A stretch of DNA of 64,000 nt from a virus: positions 55,600 to 119,599 of the IMG/VR virus record IMGVR_UViG_3300037246_000990; one strand, written 5' to 3'. Shown here piece after piece: positions 35,790 to 46,604 of the stretch. The translations under genes were made by a program, and so were the position numbers. The notes under the pieces are model-generated. The model did no database searches. It worked only from the letters and a program-made list of their open reading frames with translations, and had not been told where the DNA came from. Position 1 is the stretch's first letter, and each line of letters opens with the position of its first letter.

Positions 35790-36219
35790 GAAAGGCTGTA
35801 AAGAAGGTTTGAGTATAGCAGAACGTATTGACGAAAACGTTGATAAGAGTTCTGGTTGCTGGGCTTGGCTTTTATATACTAAACCTTATGGGTACGGTCA
35901 TTTCAAGGTAAATGGGAGAACAAGGCGAGCACACAGGGTATCCTGGGAAGAGTTTAATGGACCAATACCAGAAGGAATGTTTGTTTGTCATGATTGTGAT
36001 AACCCGTCGTGTGTTAATCCTGAACACTTATTCTTAGGGACGCAGGCCGATAACTTACAAGACATGAAACAAAAAGGTAGAGGAAGAGGTAGGTTCTCTG
36101 GGGTTACTCATTGTAGATTAGGGCATCCTTTCTCTTTAGCTACAAGTGGAAAGCGTATCTGTAGAACCTGTCATCGTCAAAGAGATAAAGCTAGGTATCA
36201 TAGGAGAAAACATGGATAA
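35782..36219 (+). CDS. Free-standing HNH homing endonuclease
   Basis: [35 protein letters not shown] plus a C-terminal THC..GH..CRTC finger. Confidence 0.9.
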   Translation: MGKKGCKEGLSIAERIDENVDKSSGCWAWLLYTKPYGYGHFKVNGRTRRAHRVSWEEFNGPIPEGMFVCHDCDNPSCVNPEHLFLGTQADNLQDMKQKGRGRGRFSGVTHCRLGHPFSLATSGKRICRTCHRQRDKARYHRRKHG

Positions 36220-36967
36220 GATAAGAGGTCTTACGCCAACAATTCTAGCCATGAATGACCAGTTCTGGCTCCCCTACGCTCTAGAATCCCTTCGCGGTCG
36301 ATTCGAGCGTTATGTAATATATGATGCGGGAAGTGAGGATGAGACCGGGAATATTATTGATTGGTTTTGTGAAACAGAAGAGGCTGAGTTCTTCGTTCGC
36401 AAGCTGCCGTTCGCCGTGCCCTCTATCCAGGGATGCTACCGCAACTCTATGCTGGTGGAGGCTGAAACAGAGTGGACGTACATGGTAGACTGCGATGAGG
36501 TGTACCACCCAACCAGTCTTGATAACTTACGTAAAATATGTTTGAGAAACGGTGACACGGCTACTGCTTTCCAAGAAAGCATCAAGTACGGGGTAGTGCA
36601 ACGCATAGAAATGGCTGGGAATCTGCTTCAGAAGTACTCAGACGAGCGCACACACCACCGCCTATACCGCCGGAACGCTTACTTCACCGGTAACCACCCA
36701 GGAGAAGCACCTAAGTTTAAGCAACGACAGAACAACGAGATTATTATTGAAGACGTCACATGCTGGCACTTCCACAATGCTCTTCGCTCCCCCTTGGAGG
36801 GGTCGGTGCCGAAGAGACTGGATCGAAAGTCCCAAGGTACGTACCACCCAGGAGAGTTGGTACCCTTCGATCTGTTGAAAGAACTGCCTATCCTACGGGA
36901 ACCGATCAATGACTTCCCAGTCAGTCCCGATTTGGAAAGGCTACAGCATGGCGCTCGTAAGATGTAA
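36212..36967 (+). CDS. GT2-like glycosyltransferase
   Basis: [14 protein letters not shown] and WHFH motifs; AGGAG RBS before ATG 36212. Confidence 0.8.
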   Translation: MDKIRGLTPTILAMNDQFWLPYALESLRGRFERYVIYDAGSEDETGNIIDWFCETEEAEFFVRKLPFAVPSIQGCYRNSMLVEAETEWTYMVDCDEVYHPTSLDNLRKICLRNGDTATAFQESIKYGVVQRIEMAGNLLQKYSDERTHHRLYRRNAYFTGNHPGEAPKFKQRQNNEIIIEDVTCWHFHNALRSPLEGSVPKRLDRKSQGTYHPGELVPFDLLKELPILREPINDFPVSPDLERLQHGARKM

Positions 36968-37136
36968 GTGCGGCAGGTATACTCAGAATGGATTTCTCTG
37001 CACTAACTGTCAGAAGGATTCTTCTATCGATTTAATGTACTACACCCCAGAGGATGTCGAGGATGAGGATGAGTTCGATGAGTACGGATTCCTCATCATT
37101 GATACTCTAGAAGAGTGCAATGCAGAGGATGATTAG
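36948..37136 (+). CDS. Zn-finger microprotein with acidic tail
   Basis: CKC..CTNC followed by EDVEDEDEFDE. Confidence 0.55.
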   Translation: MALVRCKCGRYTQNGFLCTNCQKDSSIDLMYYTPEDVEDEDEFDEYGFLIIDTLEECNAEDD

Positions 37137-37522
37137 AAGTCTATTTCGTACTGCGGGTTCTTAAGCTCCCCGGCCTCGCACATCAATTCCCGTGCTCTAT
37201 CCACCGCCATTGAATGTCTGTTCATCAAATCCCACTGCATCTGCACATAAAAACACATGAGCTTACCGTACTTATAGTCAGGGCTGTTCTCTTTTGCTTC
37301 TTCGCAGTACTGGATGCGCTCTGTCAGGTGTATCATCTCTTTATATTGGAAGCTGTAACTATCGGCCAGCGCCTCACAAGGGAAGCCGAGGTACAATGTT
37401 ACCAGATTAGGGTCTACCTCATCAACAGGTGTGTCTGTTCTAGCTCGGAACGCCACAAGAAACAGTATCGCTAACACACACGCCAAACCCAAGGCATACG
37501 CTGCTACTCTACTAATCATCAA
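37133..37522 (-). CDS. Membrane-anchored hypothetical protein
   Basis: N-terminal TM helix; last gene of the - arm. Confidence 0.6.
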   Translation of the reverse strand: MMISRVAAYALGLACVLAILFLVAFRARTDTPVDEVDPNLVTLYLGFPCEALADSYSFQYKEMIHLTERIQYCEEAKENSPDYKYGKLMCFYVQMQWDLMNRHSMAVDRARELMCEAGELKNPQYEIDF

Positions 37523-40500
37523 CTTCTCCCTTTCAACATGTATTCTTTGCGGAGAGCTTCAAGCAACTCCTCCCTCGCTCGGTTTCTTTCTTGCCCAGCC
37601 CATTGCCCTGCTTGTTCTAGTCTGTCTTCAATGTCTGACTGGGACCACTGCCGCAGCTTCGGGTGCTGCCCTAGTCTATCCGAGATCCCCTTCAGGTAGC
37701 GGGTGTACTTCTCCTGAGCTATTAGCGGGCTGTGCTGGAACTGCTCAGCGAACGAACCTTGGATCTCTGTCAGGATCTGCACGATCTCCCTCTCGTTGCC
37801 CTTGTTGAGGTGGTAGTCGAGGTTCTTAGCGAGGTGCTTCCGGATCTTGTACATGTGCTGCTCTGTCTTGCTCTCGTTGGCGAGCTGCTGCTCACCGGTG
37901 GCAGCGTACGACTTGAAGACACCGAAGTTGTTGATCCAGAAGTCGTTGGTCATGCTGCCGGGTCGCCCTGTCATCGGGTCGATAGCGTTACCTGTGTCGA
38001 TCAGGAACCGGGATATGTTGGTAATGCCTGTAGGTTCGCCCCACAGCGGCACATCGGGTGTTGACATCTTCAGACCGTACTTCTGAAGGATAGGAGGTGC
38101 CAAGAAACCCAGCATACCAGCGATAGTCTTGGAGAGACCCCCCAAAACAGTACCGTCACCAGCAGGCTCGCCATAAGGAGTCTCGCCTGTGAAGGCAGAG
38201 ATCATCGGCTTTAGGATGGCGAGGGGCTCGGCTGGCATCTGCTCCAACAGCCCAGGCAAGTCCTGCCACGGAGCGTAGTTGCCGCCGAAGTCCGGGGCGT
38301 TCGTGGTCATCATGAACGTGGAGTGAGGTAGGAAGTCCAGCATCGCACCCCGCATCTGCTTGGCATGCGCTTCATCTGTGCTCATGGCGGCTAGGAACCC
38401 ACCGAAGGCGCCGCCGGTCAGTCCACCAGCGTACGCTGCTTTGGCACTCTTCCCCATTATGGCTCCTGCTGCCGCACCGAACAAGGCACCGGTGCCACCA
38501 CCACCCACAGCAGCGATAGCACGCCCCTCTCCAAGCAGGGTGGTGTGAGCCTGCGCCCAGAAGGGGAGCTGGCGCTTGGACTCTCGCACTTCTGTCGGAT
38601 CCCCTGCAAATCCCATGCCACTCATCATCGATTGAATGACTTGAGGCGCACGCAGCCAGGGGATCATCCGGAGGGGGTGATCTTGGAGGTTGTTCTTCGT
38701 GATACGTAGGGCTTCAGCAGGGAACGTAGCCCACGGGAAGGCGAACTTACGGCCACGCTTAATAGCGGACCCCACGGTTCCGTACATAGGGAGCCGTCTA
38801 GCCACCTCTGTCACGGCTGATTGTCTTGACAGGCCCCTGCCCCTGAGGTGGATGAAATACGCCATCTTGGGGACCATATCCTCAGCGAGGTACGCCTTGG
38901 TCAGTTGGTCGAACCACTTCACTCTGTTGCCCACCTGGGCGATGTCTTTTGTCTTCGTGTAAGCCCTGATCACACCCTTAGTGAAGATCTGCGTGTCAGA
39001 CAGGGCCTTTCCCATCCGTTCCAATGCTCTCGAACCCTCGATTTGTTCAAACGCTGACGCCTCAAGCAGCTCCTGCACTGTGGGGTCGAAGAACTCATCG
39101 GCTAGGTTCAACCGCTGACCCTTGAAGCCCGCCTCTGACCCCAGGTCTATGCCTTTGAGGAGGCCCTCTGAGTCGAATAGCTTGCCTCTTGTCGTCATAC
39201 CCGCCTCGGTGGCCACCTTGTTGATCTCAGCGATCTTGTTGAAGGTTGTAGTCATCCGGCCCATGAGAGCGATGTTTTCAGGTGAGGCTACGTTGAAGCC
39301 AGCCTGAGCCAAGAAGGACATGTTACCCGTGAGGTTCTGGATGTGGGTCGGGACGGATCCTGCTGTCTTCATCGTCTTATAGATCGTGGTCATGATATCC
39401 ATGAGGGAGTGGGAGATCTGCTGGGTCTGGGCCATCATACCTCGCTCACCCCAGATCTCATTGAAGACATCAGTCTTGATCCACGGAAGCGCCTCTTCTG
39501 CCTTCCCTGTCTTCTTCGCAATCATGCGCCTGAGGATGGCAGATGCACCGTCAGGAGCGTTCTCCAGCGACACATAGCCAAGTTGTTTCATCTTTCTAGC
39601 ACCAAACCCAGATGCTTTCGCGAGGTCAGAAGGCTGGAAGAGGGTGCTGTTCGGTTTGGTAATCATGTCTGTGATGAATTGGAAGTTGGAATGCAGGATC
39701 CCATCAGTCATGTACCCGTTGATAGTAACGTCGGCCATGTCGGTGACCATATCACCAGACTGGAGGCGTTCAAAGATGTCTTCAGGCGTACCTGTCCGGT
39801 GCTTCAGGGTGGGGCTGCTCAGTTTAGGTTCGTGGCGTGTTGTAATTGCTACGTGCTGGTACTCGCCGACGGCTTTGATCTTGCCCTCTTCCTCGATGAT
39901 ACCTGTCGCCCGTTTCTTTCCAGGCTTGGGCTTGATAGGCACCATGTGTGTGGTGGTGGGGCTGATATCACCAAGTCCTGGCGTATCTTTGTATGTAGCA
40001 GGAAGGTGAGCAGGGCCGATGCTTTTGAACGTTTCTTCGGTGATGAACCCGCTCTTTACCATCTCGGATTGCCGTCGCTTCGCTGCTTCATAGTAGAAGT
40101 CAGCCCACTTCTGGTTTTTGACGGACAGTTTACCGTACTGCTTTGTCGCTGCTGTTGTTAGCCCTCTACCGGGTGCGATTCTACCGAGGAGATATGCGTA
40201 GATAGCGGGGCTATCCACCTCGGTGGGCATTTCTCGGAGGATGGTACCGATAGTGTCATTCTGCCACAGCTTGTCGTGCATTTCATGGAACGCACTCTTG
40301 ACACCACCGTTGGCGGCATCGTCGATCAGGGCGTTGTAGGTCTGCGCGAACCTTCTATCGAACTCATGCTGTATTCTCTCCCAAGCGTTGAGGGGCTCAT
40401 CGCTAGCTGCCCGCTCTGCTCTGGCTTTCATCTTCGTGTAGCGGTTGACGGCGACTTCTTGCTTCCGCAGCATGATCACGGTGTCTTTGTCAAGGTCAGC

Positions 40501-41112
40501 GTAATTGTTGATCCTTTGATCTTTTATTATGCCCATCTCTTTCCATGTACCGATCTCCGCTTTCTCCAAGGCGGTACCAACCTTCAGTTTAGTAGCCATT
40601 CTACCTACCTTGAAGGTGCTCTTCACGGCTAGGGCCGCGGGCAACATGATGGTACCCACCAGTGAGGTGGTGGCGAGGGCGTTTACCCACACCGGCTGTT
40701 CAGACCACTGCTGTTTTGCGTTGTCCACGCTCCAGGACCAACCCTTGCTGTCGTGTGCGATGCCGATGACTGCTGCTTCGGGGCCGAACAGGAAGTCCAG
40801 CGTTTTAACCCCGATGCTGTCCTCCTCTGGCTTGCTGAGGTGTGACACTACTTTGTACATGTCAACGGTCTTTCTGACAGGAGGCGCACCAATGCCAGAA
40901 CTCCCCGACGGGCCTAGGATGCCAGATTTACCTGACGGACCTAGGATACCAGAGGATCCGATGCCGCTGTCGCTTGGAGTCTTAGGAGACCCCCCTCGGA
41001 TGGCTGTGTTTTTAGACAGTAGAGCACTGCCTTCTGCCTCTCTCTGAGACAGGGCTCTTTCCTCTTCTTCCTTTTTAGCGGAGAGGATCCCTGAGTTGGG
41101 TTCATAAGCCAC
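37519..41112 (-). CDS. Large internal virion / DNA-ejection protein (putative)
   Basis: 1197 aa, helical, with a Gly/Ala hydrophobic segment; sits after the tail genes as in podoviruses. Confidence 0.6.
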   Translation of the reverse strand: MAYEPNSGILSAKKEEEERALSQREAEGSALLSKNTAIRGGSPKTPSDSGIGSSGILGPSGKSGILGPSGSSGIGAPPVRKTVDMYKVVSHLSKPEEDSIGVKTLDFLFGPEAAVIGIAHDSKGWSWSVDNAKQQWSEQPVWVNALATTSLVGTIMLPAALAVKSTFKVGRMATKLKVGTALEKAEIGTWKEMGIIKDQRINNYADLDKDTVIMLRKQEVAVNRYTKMKARAERAASDEPLNAWERIQHEFDRRFAQTYNALIDDAANGGVKSAFHEMHDKLWQNDTIGTILREMPTEVDSPAIYAYLLGRIAPGRGLTTAATKQYGKLSVKNQKWADFYYEAAKRRQSEMVKSGFITEETFKSIGPAHLPATYKDTPGLGDISPTTTHMVPIKPKPGKKRATGIIEEEGKIKAVGEYQHVAITTRHEPKLSSPTLKHRTGTPEDIFERLQSGDMVTDMADVTINGYMTDGILHSNFQFITDMITKPNSTLFQPSDLAKASGFGARKMKQLGYVSLENAPDGASAILRRMIAKKTGKAEEALPWIKTDVFNEIWGERGMMAQTQQISHSLMDIMTTIYKTMKTAGSVPTHIQNLTGNMSFLAQAGFNVASPENIALMGRMTTTFNKIAEINKVATEAGMTTRGKLFDSEGLLKGIDLGSEAGFKGQRLNLADEFFDPTVQELLEASAFEQIEGSRALERMGKALSDTQIFTKGVIRAYTKTKDIAQVGNRVKWFDQLTKAYLAEDMVPKMAYFIHLRGRGLSRQSAVTEVARRLPMYGTVGSAIKRGRKFAFPWATFPAEALRITKNNLQDHPLRMIPWLRAPQVIQSMMSGMGFAGDPTEVRESKRQLPFWAQAHTTLLGEGRAIAAVGGGGTGALFGAAAGAIMGKSAKAAYAGGLTGGAFGGFLAAMSTDEAHAKQMRGAMLDFLPHSTFMMTTNAPDFGGNYAPWQDLPGLLEQMPAEPLAILKPMISAFTGETPYGEPAGDGTVLGGLSKTIAGMLGFLAPPILQKYGLKMSTPDVPLWGEPTGITNISRFLIDTGNAIDPMTGRPGSMTNDFWINNFGVFKSYAATGEQQLANESKTEQHMYKIRKHLAKNLDYHLNKGNEREIVQILTEIQGSFAEQFQHSPLIAQEKYTRYLKGISDRLGQHPKLRQWSQSDIEDRLEQAGQWAGQERNRAREELLEALRKEYMLKGRS

Positions 41113-41115
41113 AGG

Positions 41116-42645
41116 CTAATCCTTTGTGTCTTCATCGCCCTGCGGGAATTGTTTCCTGAAGTCTGGCGGGTACAGGCCCTTAACTAGGCGACCGAGGCCA
41201 CCACGCCCACGGCGAGGCGTGCCTGCAGGTTGAGACTTCTGCTCAGGCAAGAGCCCTTCGGTTCCTGCACCAGAACCGAGCCACTTGGAGGCTTTCTCTA
41301 GAGCCTTACGCACGGCTGCGATGTAAGGCGCTGCTGCTTTGTTCGCTTCTTCGGCTGTCAGACCATCAAACTGTTTAAGGTAAGCACCACCTTCTGCGAT
41401 GTCGGTTCCGTCCAAAGCTTTAGGGAGCCATTCATCCATCAACCAATCCTTCGCTTCTTTCTTCGACATACCAGGGTCTCTCGCCATCTGTTCATTAGCT
41501 TTTGCCACACCGAGAGCGTCCCACCTGTCTGTCTTCTCTTTTGTTTCCTTCTTAGTAGGATTGGTTGTGACGTCGTACTTAAACGGAGCTGCGGTACCCT
41601 CAAGCATACCGGGGCGGTCCGCAGCCGCCGCCTCCGCAGCGTCTTGACCATATTCTTGCTTCATCCATTCGTACGTTGCTCGTTGACGGATTCTAGGCAG
41701 CTCTGACTGTACGAAGTTTTGGGTCGCTTCTTGGTTAGGTCCGTGCATTGCTTCTGCTTGGTCCCATTTCTGTCTCTTGATGTACTCGTCAGCGGTCTGC
41801 TGCGTCAACTTCTCCATGAAGCCGGGGAACTCTGTCTGCTCCAGTAGCGCCTTGCCTTCTACGTTATTAGCAAAGTATCTCGCAGCCTGTGCTGGACCCA
41901 TATCACGCATGACGGAGTCAGTAGACTTGTATTTACCCTCCGTTCTACTCGTCTGTGCGTCGGCTTGACGGGTGAGTGCTTGCTTGTACTTAATGTCGGC
42001 ACGTCCGGTGTCGAGTCCCATTTGATCCTTCGCCTGCTGCATAGGCCTAGGTGTTTGGAACTGTGCTGCCATGGCTTGTGTTTGATGTTCCATCATTTGC
42101 TGGATCATGAGGTCGATGATAGGATTCTTCGAGTACTTCTCTGCTGCTACGTTATTCAAGTTGACCTGTAGGTCTGTAATCCTGCGAATTGCTTCTGACT
42201 GAACATGATTCCTCAAGCGGGCTGCCTTCGTCCTCTGCTCTGGGATGTTGTAATCCAATAGTTCCACCTGACCGTCGGATGTCGGCCAACGTCCTTCTTG
42301 AAGTTCTTGAGTGAGAAAACTCGACGTCTTCTCTATCTCTTGCATTTCGGCTTGGAACTTGTCAAGGTGATTCTTCCGGAAGTTGCTGAACTCGCTTTTA
42401 TGCCACCGGTCTTCAAGAGCCTTTTGTGCCTTGCTCCCTGCTTCCGTCCAGTTGTCCAAGTAGGAGGTATCAGGGCGCATCCCTCGGGGAGTATAACCGC
42501 CGCCGTCAAAAGCTTTGCCAAAGGATCGATAAGCACTTCCTAACATCGCGCCACTAAGCCCTCGATAGGCATCACTGTTGATTGCCTTACGAACAGCTAC
42601 GCCAGTCTTACCACCTCTAGTATTTTCTTCGTTATATTCAGCCAC
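41116..42645 (-). CDS. Putative internal virion/ejection protein
   Basis: Helical Q/A/E/K-rich 509 aa; synteny. Confidence 0.55.
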   Translation of the reverse strand: MAEYNEENTRGGKTGVAVRKAINSDAYRGLSGAMLGSAYRSFGKAFDGGGYTPRGMRPDTSYLDNWTEAGSKAQKALEDRWHKSEFSNFRKNHLDKFQAEMQEIEKTSSFLTQELQEGRWPTSDGQVELLDYNIPEQRTKAARLRNHVQSEAIRRITDLQVNLNNVAAEKYSKNPIIDLMIQQMMEHQTQAMAAQFQTPRPMQQAKDQMGLDTGRADIKYKQALTRQADAQTSRTEGKYKSTDSVMRDMGPAQAARYFANNVEGKALLEQTEFPGFMEKLTQQTADEYIKRQKWDQAEAMHGPNQEATQNFVQSELPRIRQRATYEWMKQEYGQDAAEAAAADRPGMLEGTAAPFKYDVTTNPTKKETKEKTDRWDALGVAKANEQMARDPGMSKKEAKDWLMDEWLPKALDGTDIAEGGAYLKQFDGLTAEEANKAAAPYIAAVRKALEKASKWLGSGAGTEGLLPEQKSQPAGTPRRGRGGLGRLVKGLYPPDFRKQFPQGDEDTKD

Positions 42646-42654
42646 TATAGCTCC

Positions 42655-43875
42655 TTATCGGCCTGTCTCAATGCCCCAACCTGAATCCAACTGGGTGCCT
42701 CTATCGATACTCCAGCCATCTTCGTTTTCGGAGTCACCTCGACTATTCATGTACTCAAGACCAGCCGTTAAGGAAGTCCCTGCGAGGTTCATAAGCGAAC
42801 CTGCGAAGTCAGCTCCTGGATTATAACCACCACCACCACTGCTACTACCATAGGTCCTCGGAGTATAGCCTCTATCCGGAGCGCCCTCCCACATAGCAGT
42901 CATCCCACTCTGCACGCCGCCACTACCACCGCCCCTACCGCCCTTGGCACCTAGGTAGGAATCGATAGCACCGCCAATGATGGCGGGGCCCGATTTGATT
43001 GTACCCTCAATGAAATTGCCAAGGAAGTTAACAGCTTGCTGCGACTCCCTAATATCATACGCCTCTGAAATAGCTTTTTGGGCCTGCTCACCAGCCATGA
43101 TCTGCAGCTGCGCCGTGCGCTGCATAGCGTCACGGTACGAGTCATTCACTAGAGGCAGCCCGGCCATGAAGGACGCAGTCCCTGCTGCTACACGGTCAGC
43201 GTTCTGCCTAACCGAATCATAAAGTGCGAGGTTGGCTTGCCAGGTCTCCTGTACACGGGTACGCATGGCTCGTTCGCCTGCTATTAGTTCGTTAGCTTCG
43301 AACATGGCAGTCCGTCGCGCCGTCCCTCCCTTGGCGTATTGGTTCTTCAGCTTTCGCATAGCGTCCCTGAGCTGAAGGGCTGACCCCTCGTTGATGACAC
43401 CGAGGACGGAGTTCGACAGCATATCCCACGCAGGGCCCTCTTGGTTGAGGAGTTCTTCAGACTCGCGGACGCGCTGACTTTGGATCCGGAAGGAGGCTGT
43501 CTTGGAGATGGCTGAGGCATACGCTTCGGGGTCAAGGATACCCTCTCTGGCTGTGCCTAGGAGCTGCTGTCTACCTTTTTTGTCGTACCGACCAGACTCC
43601 CAAAGGGCTTGGTCTGGTTGTGAGAGCCCCACACCACTGGTGTCGAACAGACTGGTGGGGTCATCAACGTTTTTGACATTTGTGAACTCGGTGAAGGAGT
43701 TAGGGTCAGATCCTAAAAGCCCGAACACAGTAGCTTTAGCCTGCTCACCTGCGATACCTCGGGCACGTTCTCTAGCAACAGCTTCCATGGAGGCTATGCC
43801 GGTGTGTTGTATAGCTCCAGCTGCCTTCTTGGCTCTTTTGATGCCTTTCTTGTTGGAAAAGATCTCAATTCCCAT
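42655..43875 (-). CDS. Putative internal virion/ejection protein
   Basis: Ala/Gly/Gln-rich with a Gly-rich C-terminus; synteny. Confidence 0.55.
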   Translation of the reverse strand: MGIEIFSNKKGIKRAKKAAGAIQHTGIASMEAVARERARGIAGEQAKATVFGLLGSDPNSFTEFTNVKNVDDPTSLFDTSGVGLSQPDQALWESGRYDKKGRQQLLGTAREGILDPEAYASAISKTASFRIQSQRVRESEELLNQEGPAWDMLSNSVLGVINEGSALQLRDAMRKLKNQYAKGGTARRTAMFEANELIAGERAMRTRVQETWQANLALYDSVRQNADRVAAGTASFMAGLPLVNDSYRDAMQRTAQLQIMAGEQAQKAISEAYDIRESQQAVNFLGNFIEGTIKSGPAIIGGAIDSYLGAKGGRGGGSGGVQSGMTAMWEGAPDRGYTPRTYGSSSGGGGYNPGADFAGSLMNLAGTSLTAGLEYMNSRGDSENEDGWSIDRGTQLDSGWGIETGR

Positions 43876-43910
43876 ACTACCTCTCTAAGTAAAGCGCATA
43901 CTCCTACATA

Positions 43911-43939
43911 ATTATAGGAAATTCCTCACTATTTTGCAA
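43911..43939 (-). promoter_or_regulatory. TTGCAA-N17-TATAAT promoter driving the ejection-protein operon
   Basis: Reverse complement TTGCAAAATAGTGAGGAATTTCCTATAAT. Confidence 0.8.
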
Positions 43940-43940
43940 A

Positions 43941-46604
43941 TCACGGCCAAGGAGGCTGTCCTGTCAGAGTCTCAGAGCTGAACGGTCCATCCGGGAATAC
44001 ATCTTCACCTAGACTCCATGCTGCGTGGATAGGTCCAAACGTTTTGGGTTCGTCGAGCACCCCATTGGTGGTGTTTGGTCGTCTCCACCCTATATCCACC
44101 CCGACGTTAGCTTCATTGTGCATCATCAAGAGGCCAGGGTAGGCGGTGTAGTGAGCTGTGGTACCGGCGTCGGGGTACCCTGCTCCATTGATGTGCCCTG
44201 CTGGCTGGATGACTCCGTTTTGGTCAGCCCAGTTCGGCCTTCCATCAGTAGCTGCGAATTCCACCGGAGGTAGCCTTCCTCTGACAGTATCGTTCTGGCC
44301 TAGGTTTTGATCAGTCCAAAGGCTTCGCGTGGGAGAGAAGATGTCAGACAATTTGCAGTCTTCAGACCATGCGTTTGAACTCTTACCAGCCAGAGTCCCA
44401 GATGTGATAGTTCTAAGAAAGTTCACGCCTCCACCGAGGAGGTGGTTTCCAGTATCTCTGAGTGTTCTTGCTGTAGTGCTGTATTCGTCGGCAATTGCTC
44501 CAAATTGCCAAAGGTGTATCAAGTTCTCAGCGAAGATATATTCCTTAGCTCCATCAATTCTGGTATTTGAATTCTTCTTCCAATCGATGTCCGTTCCATA
44601 CCCTTGGTTATACAAGTAATGGATAGCAGTTAGAGAGGAACCTTTGAATGGGTTGTGTCTCCCGTCTGCCCCGGATTCTCCAGAATTAAAAGGTAAAAGA
44701 TATGACGGACTGCTATCCCTCTGCTCAGCGACGCCTGGGTTGAACCCCATACCGTCCCAGTTGTCGAGGGCTACATTCCACATCCCCATCTGATGGATTG
44801 TAAATGACCCGTTCTGGACCTTTGTTTCGTCGCCTTTATAAACACCGTTTGTATAGAACGGAATCGGCGTCGCATTCTGGCCGATACCATAAATGTAGTC
44901 GCTTGTCAAGTCTTGGTTCATTGGTTCAAGTAGCTGGGAAGGTGTATTTTGCTTGATGATGTAGGCCCCGTCAGCTACCATTTGGTTTAGCAAAGTCATC
45001 CCATTTGCTGGAAAACTCCACCTGTCGTCAGGGTTTGTTAGATTATAATGTCTATTTTGAGAGTAAACCCTGATCTTTGGTGTATCAGCAGCCCCTCCTT
45101 GCGCCCCCCCCTCAAAACAGATAACATAGAACATCCATCCGTAGTTTGTAAGCCATGCGTCCGGGAACGTACCCCATAAGTAAGACCTATCATCGGCGTC
45201 GGGAGGGTTGTGATCGCCAAACGTCCATGTCCAGAAATCTGCTGAAATAGCGTTATTGTTGATTCCATCGGTATCCCATACGGTAACGGTGACAGTGGGT
45301 TGCAGTTCCCTGCCCGGAGGCTGCCCGCCGGGTCTTGTAGCGTCTAGCTGTATACGTATTGCATTGTGGTTCCAGTTGTAAGGGGCGCTAGCGTTGTAAG
45401 AGTTCCTGGTGAATATGGTATTAAGAGCCGATAGCTTGCCGTTTTCTTCGGTTGTGGCGTCTACCATCGGTGTAATGTGCTGACTTTCTAGTCGCACCCA
45501 GAACGCTATAGTCCATGCGTTGTCTATGATGTTAAATTCCTTTGGCTGTTGAGCTAAGTACCAACTACCCCTGGTAACTGTATCGAAATTCGGATCAGGC
45601 GCCACCTCTCTTCGCCAGATCCTAAGAGAGTTGAGGTGCGGGAATACATATTCGCTAGGTGCCCAAGGGTCTTGGGGTATGTTGTCTCCAAGACCATCGA
45701 ACCCACCCCATAGGACGAGTGAGAGGTTTACCTCATCTTGTTCTACTGTCCGACCTAGTGCTTGTAGGAAGAATGTGAACGTCACATTCTCTTCAGTAGT
45801 GCTGATCGAGATAGGGGAGAACATGACTGATTGGCTGGTCTCGAAACTACCGGGTCGACTGGTCCCTACAGGTACAGGGCGTTCAATCTCTGCGCCATGT
45901 GCTTGATCGTCGAGGTTAGCGAAAGATTCTGTTGCAGGGTACAACGTGATTGTTTGTTGCAGCTCAGCTATGTTGGCGTCGAATGTTTGGTTTGCTCCTT
46001 CCATACTCCAGAGACGAAACACTGCTGGTTCGTTGCTAGACCCTGCTATATACTTGTCCAGAACCACAGAACCCCACGCGTAAACACTGTATCCGTTATA
46101 CATGGTGATTTGGTCTTGCACCATAGTACCCAACGATGTCGGACCGTTCTTGTTGCCTTCGATCTGCATGAGACTTCCACCCATGTGGAAAGTAATCGTT
46201 TGGATAGCAGAAGAAGACCCATCCCGCCCTACGGATTTGACAGTTGCTGTGTAGGATCCGTTTACGTTCTTGTATCTCAGTTCGTTGGTGTAGGCTGACT
46301 TGGTTTCAGATACACCGGTCTCGGTGTTCGTGATCTTTATCTCATAGCGTAGGTGTTGGTCTGAGTCAGGAGCAGTCCATGTCAGCTTCAGCGTTTGGTA
46401 CCCTGTGTAAGCTACTAGACCTGTCGGAGGATACAACAATCGATGAGGGTTGTTCTTAGAGGGTTCGTATGGGTTGGAGGCTTGTCTATTATTAAGAGCA
46501 GCGTCCATTAGGTTTCCGATTCTTTGCAGCAACATCTTCTCGTCGGGCGGAAGCCCTCGCATTCTGCTGAACCTATGAAAGATTGCATTTCTTCGTCTAG
46601 CCAT
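43941..46604 (-). CDS. Tail fibre/receptor-binding candidate: FN3 plus LamG/ConA-like domain
   Basis: PPTGL..LTWTAP..YEI..YTATVKSV (FN3); WTIAFWVR..MWNVAL (LamG-like). Confidence 0.65.
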   Translation of the reverse strand: MARRRNAIFHRFSRMRGLPPDEKMLLQRIGNLMDAALNNRQASNPYEPSKNNPHRLLYPPTGLVAYTGYQTLKLTWTAPDSDQHLRYEIKITNTETGVSETKSAYTNELRYKNVNGSYTATVKSVGRDGSSSAIQTITFHMGGSLMQIEGNKNGPTSLGTMVQDQITMYNGYSVYAWGSVVLDKYIAGSSNEPAVFRLWSMEGANQTFDANIAELQQTITLYPATESFANLDDQAHGAEIERPVPVGTSRPGSFETSQSVMFSPISISTTEENVTFTFFLQALGRTVEQDEVNLSLVLWGGFDGLGDNIPQDPWAPSEYVFPHLNSLRIWRREVAPDPNFDTVTRGSWYLAQQPKEFNIIDNAWTIAFWVRLESQHITPMVDATTEENGKLSALNTIFTRNSYNASAPYNWNHNAIRIQLDATRPGGQPPGRELQPTVTVTVWDTDGINNNAISADFWTWTFGDHNPPDADDRSYLWGTFPDAWLTNYGWMFYVICFEGGAQGGAADTPKIRVYSQNRHYNLTNPDDRWSFPANGMTLLNQMVADGAYIIKQNTPSQLLEPMNQDLTSDYIYGIGQNATPIPFYTNGVYKGDETKVQNGSFTIHQMGMWNVALDNWDGMGFNPGVAEQRDSSPSYLLPFNSGESGADGRHNPFKGSSLTAIHYLYNQGYGTDIDWKKNSNTRIDGAKEYIFAENLIHLWQFGAIADEYSTTARTLRDTGNHLLGGGVNFLRTITSGTLAGKSSNAWSEDCKLSDIFSPTRSLWTDQNLGQNDTVRGRLPPVEFAATDGRPNWADQNGVIQPAGHINGAGYPDAGTTAHYTAYPGLLMMHNEANVGVDIGWRRPNTTNGVLDEPKTFGPIHAAWSLGEDVFPDGPFSSETLTGQPPWP

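Noticed and set aside
40895-40965. SGILGPSG tandem peptide repeat in the large ejection protein
   Set aside because: Short low-complexity linker duplication with no evidence of a separate function.
43941-46604. Diversity-generating retroelement targeting the tail fibre
   Set aside because: No reverse transcriptase and no template/variable repeat pair seen in the window.
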